Virus record (IMG/VR): IMGVR_UViG_3300042544_001590
Location: 62,001 to 126,000 of that record
Direction: 5' to 3' (one strand)
DNA length: 64,000 nucleotides
The first letter of the stretch is position 1. Each line of letters opens with the position of its first letter. This document shows, piece after piece, positions 51,069-61,180 of the stretch. Made by a program: the position numbers and the translations under genes. The notes under the pieces were generated by a model that saw nothing but the letters and a program-made list of their open reading frames with translations, ran no database searches and was not told the DNA's origin.

Positions 51069-51866
51069 TTATTCATAAATATTAAATTCTTTCAATTCTT
51101 TTAATTGTTGTTTTAATGATGTTGTCACCATGCATCTTATATTTTGTAAATTTCTATAACATTTACCACCAATTTTTGGAGTTATCGACATTTTTAAATC
51201 AAAGACATCTGAAATCATATTAATCAAATTATACTTTGATACGATCTCTGGTGAATGTAAAATGGCAACACCCTCCCAAAATGATTCATATTCTAAAAAT
51301 TGATTTATTTTTTTACACAACTCTAAACATGTGACACCATTCCAATAATGATCGACATATCCATGGACATTTTGTTCGCGTTTAGACTTACACCATTCAA
51401 TTAATGATAATTTATTATTAATTTCTTCACCAATAATAGAAGTCCTGATGATAGATAAATTTGGTGCTTCGCCTAATAATTTAGATTTACCATAATCATC
51501 ATCACAATCAGGAGAAGATGATTCATTATAATATCCATCTTTACCACTAAAAACGCAATCAGTTGTTATATGAATAACATTACACCCATTTTCCATTTTA
51601 AATTTAGATAAAATATGGGGGAATATGGTATTAACTTTATACATATCATCTGTATCTGGATTTCGTTGTTTGATAATACCAGCAGCATTAATTATGACAT
51701 CAACACTGGAAACATTTGATGTTAAAAAATGTAATATAATTTCATGAGATGATGTTAAATCTAACATCTCTCTATCTACTGGCAATACCGCATAACCTTT
51801 TTGTCTAAAATATTTGACGCAATATTTCCCCAACATTCCAGTGCTTCCAAATACTATAATTTTCAT
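51069..51866 (-). CDS. rmlD: dTDP-4-dehydrorhamnose reductase-like SDR
   Basis: GSTGMLG, HITTDCVFSG, YGKSK. Confidence 0.85.
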   Translation of the reverse strand: MKIIVFGSTGMLGKYCVKYFRQKGYAVLPVDREMLDLTSSHEIILHFLTSNVSSVDVIINAAGIIKQRNPDTDDMYKVNTIFPHILSKFKMENGCNVIHITTDCVFSGKDGYYNESSSPDCDDDYGKSKLLGEAPNLSIIRTSIIGEEINNKLSLIEWCKSKREQNVHGYVDHYWNGVTCLELCKKINQFLEYESFWEGVAILHSPEIVSKYNLINMISDVFDLKMSITPKIGGKCYRNLQNIRCMVTTSLKQQLKELKEFNIYE

Positions 51867-52792
51867 GGTTTAAAATAATTTTTAGATTTTAAATATTTCT
51901 CAAGTTCTATATATTCAAGTGAATTATCTCTTGAAGAATATTCATTTTTAAAAAATTCCACAGCATTTGAATCTTTATCTGGATACATCAAATAAACATC
52001 ATCAGTATATTCGTAACTCATTCTTCTAATTTCTTCGGAAGAAGCCATAATTTCATGAATCTTTTCACCAGTCCTAGGTTCAGAAATGTCATATTTCAAC
52101 CCAAATTTTTCTTTATAAATATTGAAAAGATCAACCACATAAAAAGATTTTAATTCTGGGATAACATTACATCCTCTATATTTCAAAGATTTTAGAATCA
52201 AGTCGATTGCATCTTCGACATCCAAAAGAAATCTAGTCATTCCATCCCCATAAAGAGAAAGTGTTTTACCATTTTTGATGTATTCCCATATCAAAGGGAT
52301 AATCGATCCCGTGGAATTCATCACATTACCATATACAGCAGTGGTCAAATTGCAATTTGATTTTCCAGCTATAAAACATTCACCAGCTACATACTTCATT
52401 GCACCGTAAATCGTGGTAGCTGCTCTGCTTTTATCAGAAGAAATGAAACAAGCAGATTTGAAATTATTTTCTTCTGCTGCAATTCTAGAATTTATCGCAC
52501 CGTCAATAATGATCTTCGAAGCTTCCTCATAATTATCATTACAAGCTTCGATTTGCTTCAAAGATGCTGCGAAAATACCAACAGTGTGTCCCTTGGATTT
52601 TCTCGTCAATAGATCACGATTGCGAATATCCCCAACCACAAAATTTACATTGGGATATTCTTTTTTCAGATAATAATGCTTAGACTCGTCTCTTGAATAA
52701 ACCGTAATATCATTATTATCATGAAGACGACGAATCAGATTTCTCCCAAGAAATCCAGCACCCCCTGTTATAAAAATTCTCTCACCAGTCAT
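51863..52792 (-). CDS. UDP-GlcNAc 4,6-dehydratase (CapD/PseB/FnlA-like)
   Basis: TGGAGFLG, YSRDESK, AASLKQI..C, SSDKS, YGAMK, YGNV..STGSIIP, MTRF, GEKIHE. Confidence 0.85.
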   Translation of the reverse strand: MTGERIFITGGAGFLGRNLIRRLHDNNDITVYSRDESKHYYLKKEYPNVNFVVGDIRNRDLLTRKSKGHTVGIFAASLKQIEACNDNYEEASKIIIDGAINSRIAAEENNFKSACFISSDKSRAATTIYGAMKYVAGECFIAGKSNCNLTTAVYGNVMNSTGSIIPLIWEYIKNGKTLSLYGDGMTRFLLDVEDAIDLILKSLKYRGCNVIPELKSFYVVDLFNIYKEKFGLKYDISEPRTGEKIHEIMASSEEIRRMSYEYTDDVYLMYPDKDSNAVEFFKNEYSSRDNSLEYIELEKYLKSKNYFKP

Positions 52793-53336
52793 AAATCATT
52801 TGTTTGTTTCTTGAAATCTTTTTACAAATTGTAACACCGGGATTGAATGGTAGGGTAACAATTTCAAATTCATCAATTATATTTTGTTTTATATATTTTG
52901 CTGTCTTATAAACATCTTCACATTGTTCTCTATTTGTCATACTCCAATCCCAAGGATATGTATCATGGAAAAATATAAATCCATCTTCAATCACACGATC
53001 TTTTACATTGATAAAATCTTTTAAAGATTGTTCGTGGGAATGATCAGCATCAATGAATACGACATCAAATTGTTCAGTATTTAAAGATTTAAAATAATCA
53101 TCCGTTGTCGTTTGATGATACTCCATGTTATTCTCTAAACGAAATTCAGCAGGAATCATATCAACGCCAGTTGCTTTCTTACAATGTTTAGCGAGGGTAA
53201 TAAAATTACCACCGTGTCTCACACCTAGTTCTAGATAGTGTTCAGGACGAATCCATTTGAACAATAGATCAAAAAATTCGGTATGAGCGAATGTCTCAGC
53301 AGGAGGTGGAACGTTTCTTAAATGTATGGGTTGCAT
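52782..53336 (-). CDS. class I SAM-dependent methyltransferase
   Basis: LELGVRHG, FDVVFIDADHSHE, GFIFFHD. Confidence 0.85.
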   Translation of the reverse strand: MQPIHLRNVPPPAETFAHTEFFDLLFKWIRPEHYLELGVRHGGNFITLAKHCKKATGVDMIPAEFRLENNMEYHQTTTDDYFKSLNTEQFDVVFIDADHSHEQSLKDFINVKDRVIEDGFIFFHDTYPWDWSMTNREQCEDVYKTAKYIKQNIIDEFEIVTLPFNPGVTICKKISRNKQMIYDW

Positions 53337-54070
53337 TATCTATATTCTTCTTTTACTTTCCAATCATTATGGAATATTGTCCATAATGCTCGCTCAATCA
53401 TATGAGCTTCCCCAACAATAACATCCCATCCAAGAATGTCAAGAATTCGTTGGTAAAATTTCTTTGAATATTTTAAAATGTATTCTTTCGGAATGATGTA
53501 ATTGACACCCGGTGCGAATCTGAACCATTCAGGAATCTCAGGATTCTCCCACATATCATTGAAAAAATCATTAATATTTGAGTAATATTTCCCAGCATGT
53601 TTTCCAAAATACCAAGAGTTATTGATTTCCATGTAGCTGTTATTATCTCCAATTCTATTGGCAATCCCATTAATCCTGTGGGGTTCACTGGTAAAGTCCT
53701 GAATCTCTGTGAATGTCGTGTTATTAGCAACGCTTAGGAAAAATTCTTCTGTGCAATTCCCATTGGAAATCACTCGACCATTCTCATCATATCGTGGTGT
53801 TCCCGTATCTTTTTGATTCATTAGACAGGCACGACAGAACAAAGTGGAATCGGGGAGATTATCATAATTCTCAAGAATGAAGTGGAACATGTCATAAACA
53901 TTCTGTCCCACATTCTTCTGGCGTTTCACCTTATCTGATTCGGGAAACCGATGATAACGATCATAAATCAAATAATTCTCACACCATTTATCGACCCAAG
54001 ATTCTTCAATATTATCAGGTAGCCAATTGTAATCACTGATGACTACAAAATTTTTATGTATTTTTTTCAT
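53336..54070 (-). CDS. DUF3431-like protein
   Basis: NVGQN.YD.FHFI.ENYDNLPD, FAPG.NYII.KE.I, EAHMIER.LW.IF. Confidence 0.7.
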   Translation of the reverse strand: MKKIHKNFVVISDYNWLPDNIEESWVDKWCENYLIYDRYHRFPESDKVKRQKNVGQNVYDMFHFILENYDNLPDSTLFCRACLMNQKDTGTPRYDENGRVISNGNCTEEFFLSVANNTTFTEIQDFTSEPHRINGIANRIGDNNSYMEINNSWYFGKHAGKYYSNINDFFNDMWENPEIPEWFRFAPGVNYIIPKEYILKYSKKFYQRILDILGWDVIVGEAHMIERALWTIFHNDWKVKEEYR

Positions 54071-54078
54071 AATTAATT

Positions 54079-54654
54079 TTAAAAATTTTCATTGAATATA
54101 TATCCCCACAATCTTTCCATTATATGAGCTTCATTTGGATTGGAATTTGTGTTGGACATCGTATTTAATAATTTGTCGTAAAATGACAAAGGATGTTTCT
54201 TTATTGTCTCTTTTGAAATCATAAATTGTGCGCCGGGAGTAAATCTTACAATATCAGTGTGTTTTATATTGATATTATGCTCCTCGCAAAAAGAGGGTAT
54301 TTTACCATGCGATTCATTGTAGATACAACCAGATATTATACCATTCAATGGTATAAAATCAGTCTCTGGAATTAATTTATTAATATGATCAATATTGATA
54401 ACGCCATGATCGAATGGATTTCCTTGTAAAAATATAATAAAATCTTCTAATGTATCATATTTATCAACTATATGATGTAAATATGTATGTGCCTCGCGTC
54501 CAACATTAATTAATTTGTTGCCATTTCCTATATCCCCCTTTTCATATAGGTATGTTGTGTGTTTTAAATCACTCAACCAATCTATATTTTCTTTATATCT
54601 AGCCACAACTACTCCAATAGTAGGAACATAAATATTATCATTTATTTTTTTCAT
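54079..54654 (-). CDS. DUF3431-family protein
   Basis: VVARYKENIDW, NVGREAHTYL.HIV, FLQGNPFDH, GAQF.IS...I, HIMERLW. Confidence 0.8.
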   Translation of the reverse strand: MKKINDNIYVPTIGVVVARYKENIDWLSDLKHTTYLYEKGDIGNGNKLINVGREAHTYLHHIVDKYDTLEDFIIFLQGNPFDHGVINIDHINKLIPETDFIPLNGIISGCIYNESHGKIPSFCEEHNINIKHTDIVRFTPGAQFMISKETIKKHPLSFYDKLLNTMSNTNSNPNEAHIMERLWGYIFNENF

Positions 54655-54702
54655 AATTTGTAATCTTATTATTATAATAATTATCTTTTGATGTAGAGTA
54701 AT

Positions 54703-55689
54703 TTAAATATTTTTCAATTTTAACATCGCATGTTTTACTGCCATCCACATATCTAAATATTTATATTGGGCGAGACGACCTATGAATATCACACCATTTT
54801 CATTTTTCACCAATTCTTCATATTTTTTATAAATATAATTACTATCACCGAATGGTATCGGGTAAAATGGTATATCATTTTTTGTAGCTTGTCTGGGATA
54901 TTCTTCTGTCACAATGGTATCGCAACCATTATGTTCAAAATTGAACACGCTATGATCATAAGAGCGAGTATGTTTTGTTTGCATATTGCATTCATTAATA
55001 ATAGGAATTTTTCTCGGGAATTTCTCTAAACTATTTTCAAAATCCAAAGTTCGATATGGTAATTCACCATAGCAGTATTGATAATATTCATCAATTTTCC
55101 CAGTATAAATCACCAAATCACACTCATATTTTTTCCATTGATTTTTTTCTGAATTTAAATATATGTCAACACCTTCTAACATTTTTTCGAACATTTTCGT
55201 GTAACCTTTTTTGGGAATACATTGATATTTTTGACCCTCAAACCAAGTAGGATTTTCACAATCTTTAGTTTTTGGTATTCTGTTTGTGATAGTAGATGGA
55301 ATTTGATCGAATGAAACACCCCATTGTTTTTCAGAATAATCTTTGAAAATATGCTCGACAATTTCTTCTTGTGATAATTCTCTTCCTATTTCGTTTATAG
55401 TTTTTTTGCTATATGGGAGAGATATCATACCTAGTTTGGTATTAGCTTTAGGTTGATACTTAAAATCGAACCAATCTGTATATTTTGAAAGAAATTCGAA
55501 TACTTCTTCATCATCAGTGTGGAAAATATGTGGTCCATATTGATGAATTAAGACATCTCCATATTTAATATCTGCACAATTACCACCAATATGATTTCTA
55601 GTATCAAAAATTTTTATATCATGTTTATGCTTTAATAAAGCAGCAGCAGTAATACCAGATAATCCACAACCTACTATATTTATTTTCAT
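54703..55689 (-). CDS. glf: UDP-galactopyranose mutase
   Basis: VGCGLSG, HIGGNC.D, HQYGPHIFHT, YTGKIDEY, LPYRTLDF, PFYPI, GRLAQYKYLDM. Confidence 0.92.
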   Translation of the reverse strand: MKINIVGCGLSGITAAALLKHKHDIKIFDTRNHIGGNCADIKYGDVLIHQYGPHIFHTDDEEVFEFLSKYTDWFDFKYQPKANTKLGMISLPYSKKTINEIGRELSQEEIVEHIFKDYSEKQWGVSFDQIPSTITNRIPKTKDCENPTWFEGQKYQCIPKKGYTKMFEKMLEGVDIYLNSEKNQWKKYECDLVIYTGKIDEYYQYCYGELPYRTLDFENSLEKFPRKIPIINECNMQTKHTRSYDHSVFNFEHNGCDTIVTEEYPRQATKNDIPFYPIPFGDSNYIYKKYEELVKNENGVIFIGRLAQYKYLDMWMAVKHAMLKLKNI

Positions 55690-55720
55690 GATTTATATTT
55701 ATAAAATCTAAATGACATCT

Positions 55721-56536
55721 TTACATTCCAACGCTGAATTCATCAGACATCAATTTCTTCTTCACCAATTCTTCCTTGTTATCCAGAATATATTTTGGCA
55801 ATCCTATTTCATCAATTCTCCATCCTGATTTTCTCCATTCCATATATTGCTGATGGTAAACAGGATGCTTAAAATCATCAATTTTTTTCTGGACACCTCC
55901 GAGAGCATTGAAATGCCATCCCCCATTTTCAACATATGTGTATCGATATTCCATTTTTCTCCTAGTTCTTAAATGATTTAAACATTCGTTTTTGATATTT
56001 TCATATCTTGTGACAATTGGACCAGTGAAATATGTCCAATTTTCGTCGGTTCTAACGTTTAGATACTCTATATAACAATTGTTAATCATTGGTTTCAATA
56101 TTTGATTTCCTTGCGGATTAAGATTTAAATTGAAATTCCATATTTCATCTAAATCGCAGACATAACAAATATCATCATCATGTAAATGGGTCAATGCTTT
56201 TTTGATATGTTCTTTTTGATAAAATTCAATCAACCAGCAAATATGTTCATGTGTAACATTATCACTGCTCATAGCCATTTCCAAATATTCTTGATCACAC
56301 TCTAAATCTCTGGTATTTTTTGGAGAATCCATCACTTTATGGTGAATGATCTTATGATTGAATTTCTCGAAGCGTTCTTTATTTTCTTCATAATAAAGAG
56401 GCTTATCAACACCACTAAATGTCTTGTTCGCTTCGATCAATATAAATTTATCGACATATGGATCGAGAATATTCAATCTCAATTCCAACATATCAAGTTC
56501 GTTATTAAAGCTAAAAATATCGTAAATCATTTCCAA
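55721..56536 (-). CDS. GT17-like glycosyltransferase
   Basis: YDIFSFNNELDMLELRL..L..YVD.F.L.EAN.TFSG..KP, DLDEI, GGWHF. Confidence 0.82.
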   Translation of the reverse strand: MEMIYDIFSFNNELDMLELRLNILDPYVDKFILIEANKTFSGVDKPLYYEENKERFEKFNHKIIHHKVMDSPKNTRDLECDQEYLEMAMSSDNVTHEHICWLIEFYQKEHIKKALTHLHDDDICYVCDLDEIWNFNLNLNPQGNQILKPMINNCYIEYLNVRTDENWTYFTGPIVTRYENIKNECLNHLRTRRKMEYRYTYVENGGWHFNALGGVQKKIDDFKHPVYHQQYMEWRKSGWRIDEIGLPKYILDNKEELVKKKLMSDEFSVGM

Positions 56537-57420
56537 AATTCGGGGTTATGTTTCTTATATTCTTCAAATTCAACCACGCATTCTTCCCATGTAAAGAGAT
56601 TTCCTCCACGATCCAGATAATTATGGTTTCTAAAGATATTGTAACCACAAGACCAATATCCATCGGAAATATTATATCTACCCCAATACTTGGGTGCTAG
56701 AATATATTTTACAGTATCGCTCAATAGAGTAGCGAAATATGGGAAGCTGGAATTCGATAAAATCAGATAATGCGCGTTCTTAATGATTGTGAAATCAGTA
56801 GCAATATCAAAATGCTTCACCTCAAAATCAGGAAATTGTCGGGATGCTCTTTCAACATCATCCGTAATCACCACAAATCTAAAATTAGGATTGATCTGTA
56901 ACATTCTATCAATTGCATCACTCCAATACTTCCCATTCAGATGAAAATGAAACACGCTTGCATATTCACCGCCACGATAATTGATAATGCAAATGTTTGG
57001 ATCTGAATAATCATAGCAATCTTTTTCTGGTTTGATTTTCAACCATTGACGAATTTCATCCTTACGATGAATGATGCGATTTTCTGATTGAAAGATGCCA
57101 TCAATTTTAGTGTTATCTTGGATAAGTTCCAAATTGGGATCATCGATTGTCACATTGGAACCGTTGGGAAGAACATTATATCTTTCCTTAAAATAATGTT
57201 GGATACCATCTGGAAGCGTGTCGGGCGGTCCACCTTCTCTCCCTGAACCACCCGTAACAGATAGTCCAAAATCCAAATCCATGAAGTCCAAACACTTGAA
57301 CTTGTGGGGATTCATGATTCCAAAATCATATCCTTTATCCTTGGCAACCACTCGCGTTGTTACATAACACGCAAGCTGATTACCCAATCCTTGACCGTCA
57401 TAAATTTCAGTTACTATCAT
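56527..57420 (-). CDS. GT11 alpha-1,2-fucosyltransferase-like protein
   Basis: GQGLGNQL, G.FQSE, NYRGGEY, LILSNSSF. Confidence 0.82.
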   Translation of the reverse strand: MIVTEIYDGQGLGNQLACYVTTRVVAKDKGYDFGIMNPHKFKCLDFMDLDFGLSVTGGSGREGGPPDTLPDGIQHYFKERYNVLPNGSNVTIDDPNLELIQDNTKIDGIFQSENRIIHRKDEIRQWLKIKPEKDCYDYSDPNICIINYRGGEYASVFHFHLNGKYWSDAIDRMLQINPNFRFVVITDDVERASRQFPDFEVKHFDIATDFTIIKNAHYLILSNSSFPYFATLLSDTVKYILAPKYWGRYNISDGYWSCGYNIFRNHNYLDRGGNLFTWEECVVEFEEYKKHNPEFWK

Positions 57421-57805
57421 TTGTCAAAAGTTCTGGATTTTCAAAAATATTACCAATAATTTCATATTGATTGGCATCAACACATGGATATCTATTTGCA
57501 ATCTCTTTATTATGTTGTCTAACTCTAGTGTTTAGAGGATTATTTGTGATATAAAATTCCTCCAAAAAATCTTGATTCTCAACTTTACAGATATCCCCCT
57601 CGTAAATTTTCACATCATTCTTATCAGTCAATCCTGTATATTTTTGTATGACGATATCATATCGTTCTTCCTCTAAATATTCAGTCCAATCATAGTGATC
57701 ATGATTATAAATCAATTTTCCAGTTGCGGTGATGGCAAAATCATGAGAGTTTAACCATTCGCCAGTTATTTTATTCCAAATTCTAAATTCGTATTCTGTT
57801 TTCAT
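57407..57805 (-). CDS. YopX-family protein
   Basis: EFRIWN, KYTGLTDKNDVKIYEGDI, IIGNIFENPELL. Confidence 0.88.
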   Translation of the reverse strand: MKTEYEFRIWNKITGEWLNSHDFAITATGKLIYNHDHYDWTEYLEEERYDIVIQKYTGLTDKNDVKIYEGDICKVENQDFLEEFYITNNPLNTRVRQHNKEIANRYPCVDANQYEIIGNIFENPELLTNDSN

Positions 57806-58490
57806 ATTTTTCCTTACAATAATTAATTTCTTCTTCTAAATTTCTGTTATACCTACTACTGATCTGATTTTCATGACAACGATTCGTAACCAAACAATCT
57901 TCAAGTATCGTAGGTAATCCGTATCGTTCTCCCAGACGATGGTAGTATGCCACATCCATGAGCATTGTCAAGTTTTGATCAAATAATTCAATGTTTTCGT
58001 TGCGAAACGCAAGAACGGATGGGGAACTGATCGTGTTTATACCTTCCAATAAATAATTATTCCAAGAAGGAACCATAGGTCTTTCAAATTTTATACCATC
58101 TCTCGTGTGGTTACACCCACAAACAGCCCAATTTATGTTATTATCCTGAAATGCTTTATTCAAAGCCTCTAAACATTTATGAGTGAACATGAAATCATCT
58201 TGAAACATGATCTTGATAATTTCACCTTCAGCCTTTTTTAAGGTATTATTAAGATTAGCTACTCCATTACCATAATTTTCATCATATTTGAAATATCGTA
58301 AAGTGTAATCCTTTTTCGATTCCTTTAAACAGTAATCAAAAATATCATTATTTATACTATGATCCGAAATTACAATTTCGTAATTCTGAAAGGTTTGAAT
58401 TTGTATAGAATATATCAGGTCTTTCAAATATTGAAGACCAAATCCGTGCTGTTCCCAAACGGGAATGCATATGGAAAATCTAGGTTTCAA
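57783..58490 (-). CDS. GT2 glycosyltransferase
   Basis: FSICIP, EIVISDHS, IMFQDDF, LMDVAYY; TTG start overlapping the upstream TGA. Confidence 0.8.
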   Translation of the reverse strand: MKPRFSICIPVWEQHGFGLQYLKDLIYSIQIQTFQNYEIVISDHSINNDIFDYCLKESKKDYTLRYFKYDENYGNGVANLNNTLKKAEGEIIKIMFQDDFMFTHKCLEALNKAFQDNNINWAVCGCNHTRDGIKFERPMVPSWNNYLLEGINTISSPSVLAFRNENIELFDQNLTMLMDVAYYHRLGERYGLPTILEDCLVTNRCHENQISSRYNRNLEEEINYCKEKYENRIRI

Positions 58491-59296
58491 AGCTTCCAAC
58501 TCCAAATATATCGTTCCAAATCCTCCCACTTCGTATCCCCACAAACAAAATCAGAATGCTTACGATTGTTTTCGTAATATGGATGTTTCTCTCTCACCGT
58601 ATTCTCATGAGGTAGATGCCATGAAATCGCATCCTTATTTCCGACTCTCAGAATACCCCAACCCATCTTCTGAAATCTAGCCAGAATCTCATCATCTTCA
58701 TAACCCCATCCTTTGAAATTTGGGTTATACCCATTACATTCAACGAATACATCCTTTTTGAACATCACCATCCCACCTTTGCTATGAGGGTGTGCGACCA
58801 GAAAATTCTCATCCTGATCATAAGGAATCGGTTTAAGTGTTTGGGATTTTTCCAATAGATCAACCAAGGATTGATCTACGGCGAACATTTCAAACATAGG
58901 TTGCTTCAAATGGATGAACATTCCATTGTAAGGATACACGATCCCAACATTCTCATCAAACAATTGCTTTGCTTCCAAAATAAATTTTGGATCGACAATC
59001 ACATCAGTATCTCCCGCAATCAGATACTCCACATCCAGAATCTTGGACATCTCATTGAATGCCTTGGTTCGCCAATATACATCGTGGTTCTCCATGAACA
59101 GACCCTTACAATCGTATTGCTTGCAGAGTCTCTTGAAGTCCTTATCCAATTCCTTGTCATCATTCAAAATGGCGATCTGGAGATTTTCAGAATTCTCACG
59201 ATAGAATTTCACAACCATTTCCAGATTGCGAAAGCGGTCATCCACATCCCTACGGAAATGGATCATCAAGCCAATGTTATTTAAATCTGTTTTCAT
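58487..59296 (-). CDS. GT-A glycosyltransferase (GT7C-like C-terminus)
   Basis: GDTDVIV, GGMVMF, NGYNPNFKGWGYEDDE. Confidence 0.85.
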   Translation of the reverse strand: MKTDLNNIGLMIHFRRDVDDRFRNLEMVVKFYRENSENLQIAILNDDKELDKDFKRLCKQYDCKGLFMENHDVYWRTKAFNEMSKILDVEYLIAGDTDVIVDPKFILEAKQLFDENVGIVYPYNGMFIHLKQPMFEMFAVDQSLVDLLEKSQTLKPIPYDQDENFLVAHPHSKGGMVMFKKDVFVECNGYNPNFKGWGYEDDEILARFQKMGWGILRVGNKDAISWHLPHENTVREKHPYYENNRKHSDFVCGDTKWEDLERYIWSWKL

Positions 59297-59538
59297 TTTT
59301 TAAAATCATTCAAACTCAACCGAACCGATTCCATAATTCTATTACATTCTTTTCGATAATCACCCCACTTCCAAAATTCCCAAAAATATGGTTTTTTCAT
59401 ATTCGGGACACAATTCAATTCATATATATTTTCATTTTTATCTATATTATTTTGAATCATGTTAATGATTTTTTCAGATAATTTTTGATGTGACCAATAA
59501 TCAACTTTGATTGTTTTAATTTCTTTCACCATAATCAA
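59293..59538 (-). CDS. small hypothetical protein
   Basis: ORF track; 4-nt overlaps at both ends. Confidence 0.62.
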   Translation of the reverse strand: MIMVKEIKTIKVDYWSHQKLSEKIINMIQNNIDKNENIYELNCVPNMKKPYFWEFWKWGDYRKECNRIMESVRLSLNDFKK

Positions 59539-60377
59539 GATACTCTCACATTTTTCAAAAAAGTCAATACCTCTTTTTCATCTGTATCCCGAACACCATC
59601 GCTTCCAAACGGATAAACACCGAATTTTTCCTTGAAATATTCCATGGAATTCCGAATATTATCACCCCATTTCTGCATGGATTCGGGAGTCTTGATGGAC
59701 GAATTTTCCTCTGAACACGCTTGCTCTTCAATGTAATCCAAAGAATTTGCCAAGTCTGCCCACCACCAATAAGGAGTGGAATATCCTTTCAGGGCAAGAT
59801 CATAGCTATGGGAAACATGATCAAAAGCGTTTCGGAATTTCTCGTCAATTAGACCGACATCTTCCAGACACTTGCGGGAATAGTAACAGAACGCTCCCAC
59901 ACAATGCTGATTGAAAGCTAGGGAGAAATCCCCATAATCCACAACCAATCGGGGACAGGGCTTACCGTGGGAGATGCCGTTTTTGTTGGCTGGTCCGTGG
60001 TAGCCAAACATTAGGTGTTGGATGCCGCTCTTCTTGGATGCTTCAATATAAGCATTAAAAATTCCGTTATCAATTATTCGCATATCATCTTCCATGATAA
60101 AGATATGGTCACATCCTTGATTCAAAAGATGTCGCATCGCGTTGTTTTTTGATGTAGCAACCCCCAAATTCTCAGGATTTTTGATATATGTCAGAGTGGT
60201 TTCAGGAAATCTACTGATACATTTGGTTCTAAATCCGTCTCTCCACTCATATGTAAATTCGTCTCCATCATTCACAACAACGACATGATCTACCATGTGG
60301 TGCCAAAAATCAAAAGCCTCTGAAAAAGTGTCTCTTGGTTGTTTGGTTATGATTGCCAATCCAATTTTCTCACTCAT
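59535..60377 (-). CDS. GT2 glycosyltransferase
   Basis: VVVNDG, NLGVATSKN, FIMEDDM, VGLIDEKF. Confidence 0.85.
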   Translation of the reverse strand: MSEKIGLAIITKQPRDTFSEAFDFWHHMVDHVVVVNDGDEFTYEWRDGFRTKCISRFPETTLTYIKNPENLGVATSKNNAMRHLLNQGCDHIFIMEDDMRIIDNGIFNAYIEASKKSGIQHLMFGYHGPANKNGISHGKPCPRLVVDYGDFSLAFNQHCVGAFCYYSRKCLEDVGLIDEKFRNAFDHVSHSYDLALKGYSTPYWWWADLANSLDYIEEQACSEENSSIKTPESMQKWGDNIRNSMEYFKEKFGVYPFGSDGVRDTDEKEVLTFLKNVRVS

Positions 60378-60380
60378 ATT

Positions 60381-61118
60381 TTAAAATTTGATGTTCTTGA
60401 TCTGATCTGTCAAATTCTTATATTGCTGATCCTTCTCAATCCAAAGCCCTTGGTCTTTCAGCATTTGCTCCATCATCTCCAGATTCTTGGGATCGAGAAC
60501 GCTTTCTCCCGTCTCAATCAGATTACCTTTCTGGTCAATGAACTCTCCAATCCACGCAATGCGGTCATCGATATTTGACATATTTTCAATCGGAATAATG
60601 GCCGGACAATCTTCAGCAATGAAGAACGGGGTGTTCCCCAAATGATCTGAGTATTGTTCAAAAAGTCCCGCAAAGATATCATCAATTTCTTTAATATATT
60701 CAAGATTCGTATCACGCAACTCATCAGCAACAACTTTGATAGTAGGATCATATTTAATCCAGAAAATAATATCAAGATTTTTCAGGGAGCGGCGAACGAT
60801 ATCAACTGTAACCCCCAAAACATCTTCAGATACCAAATCTTTTTCGGCTGCATGTAATGTGTAAGCAAGACAGTCCAAGGGGCAGCGATCATGAATAATA
60901 TGTTTTACATCCTTATGAGTATCCAAAGATTGTGTGAGATGATCGAGAATCAATAATTGTGTTTCTTCCGTGGTATTGGAAGAATGGGAAAGATTGTTTT
61001 CCTTGATTACATCCCGATATGTTTTAGCTGGTGTGGCATACATAGGCCATTTCTGTAAAAATGCTTTTAGTAGTGTTGACTTGCCGACCGCTGATGTTCC
61101 TGAGAAGGATATTTTCAT
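60381..61118 (-). CDS. P-loop nucleotide kinase (AAA_28/dNMP-kinase-like)
   Basis: ISFSGTSAVGKST, IIHDRCPLD. Confidence 0.78.
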   Translation of the reverse strand: MKISFSGTSAVGKSTLLKAFLQKWPMYATPAKTYRDVIKENNLSHSSNTTEETQLLILDHLTQSLDTHKDVKHIIHDRCPLDCLAYTLHAAEKDLVSEDVLGVTVDIVRRSLKNLDIIFWIKYDPTIKVVADELRDTNLEYIKEIDDIFAGLFEQYSDHLGNTPFFIAEDCPAIIPIENMSNIDDRIAWIGEFIDQKGNLIETGESVLDPKNLEMMEQMLKDQGLWIEKDQQYKNLTDQIKNIKF

Positions 61119-61180
61119 AATGATTAAACTTAACAGGAGATTATTAAATTGCAAGCGATTTTCGTTAAGTAATAATACAC

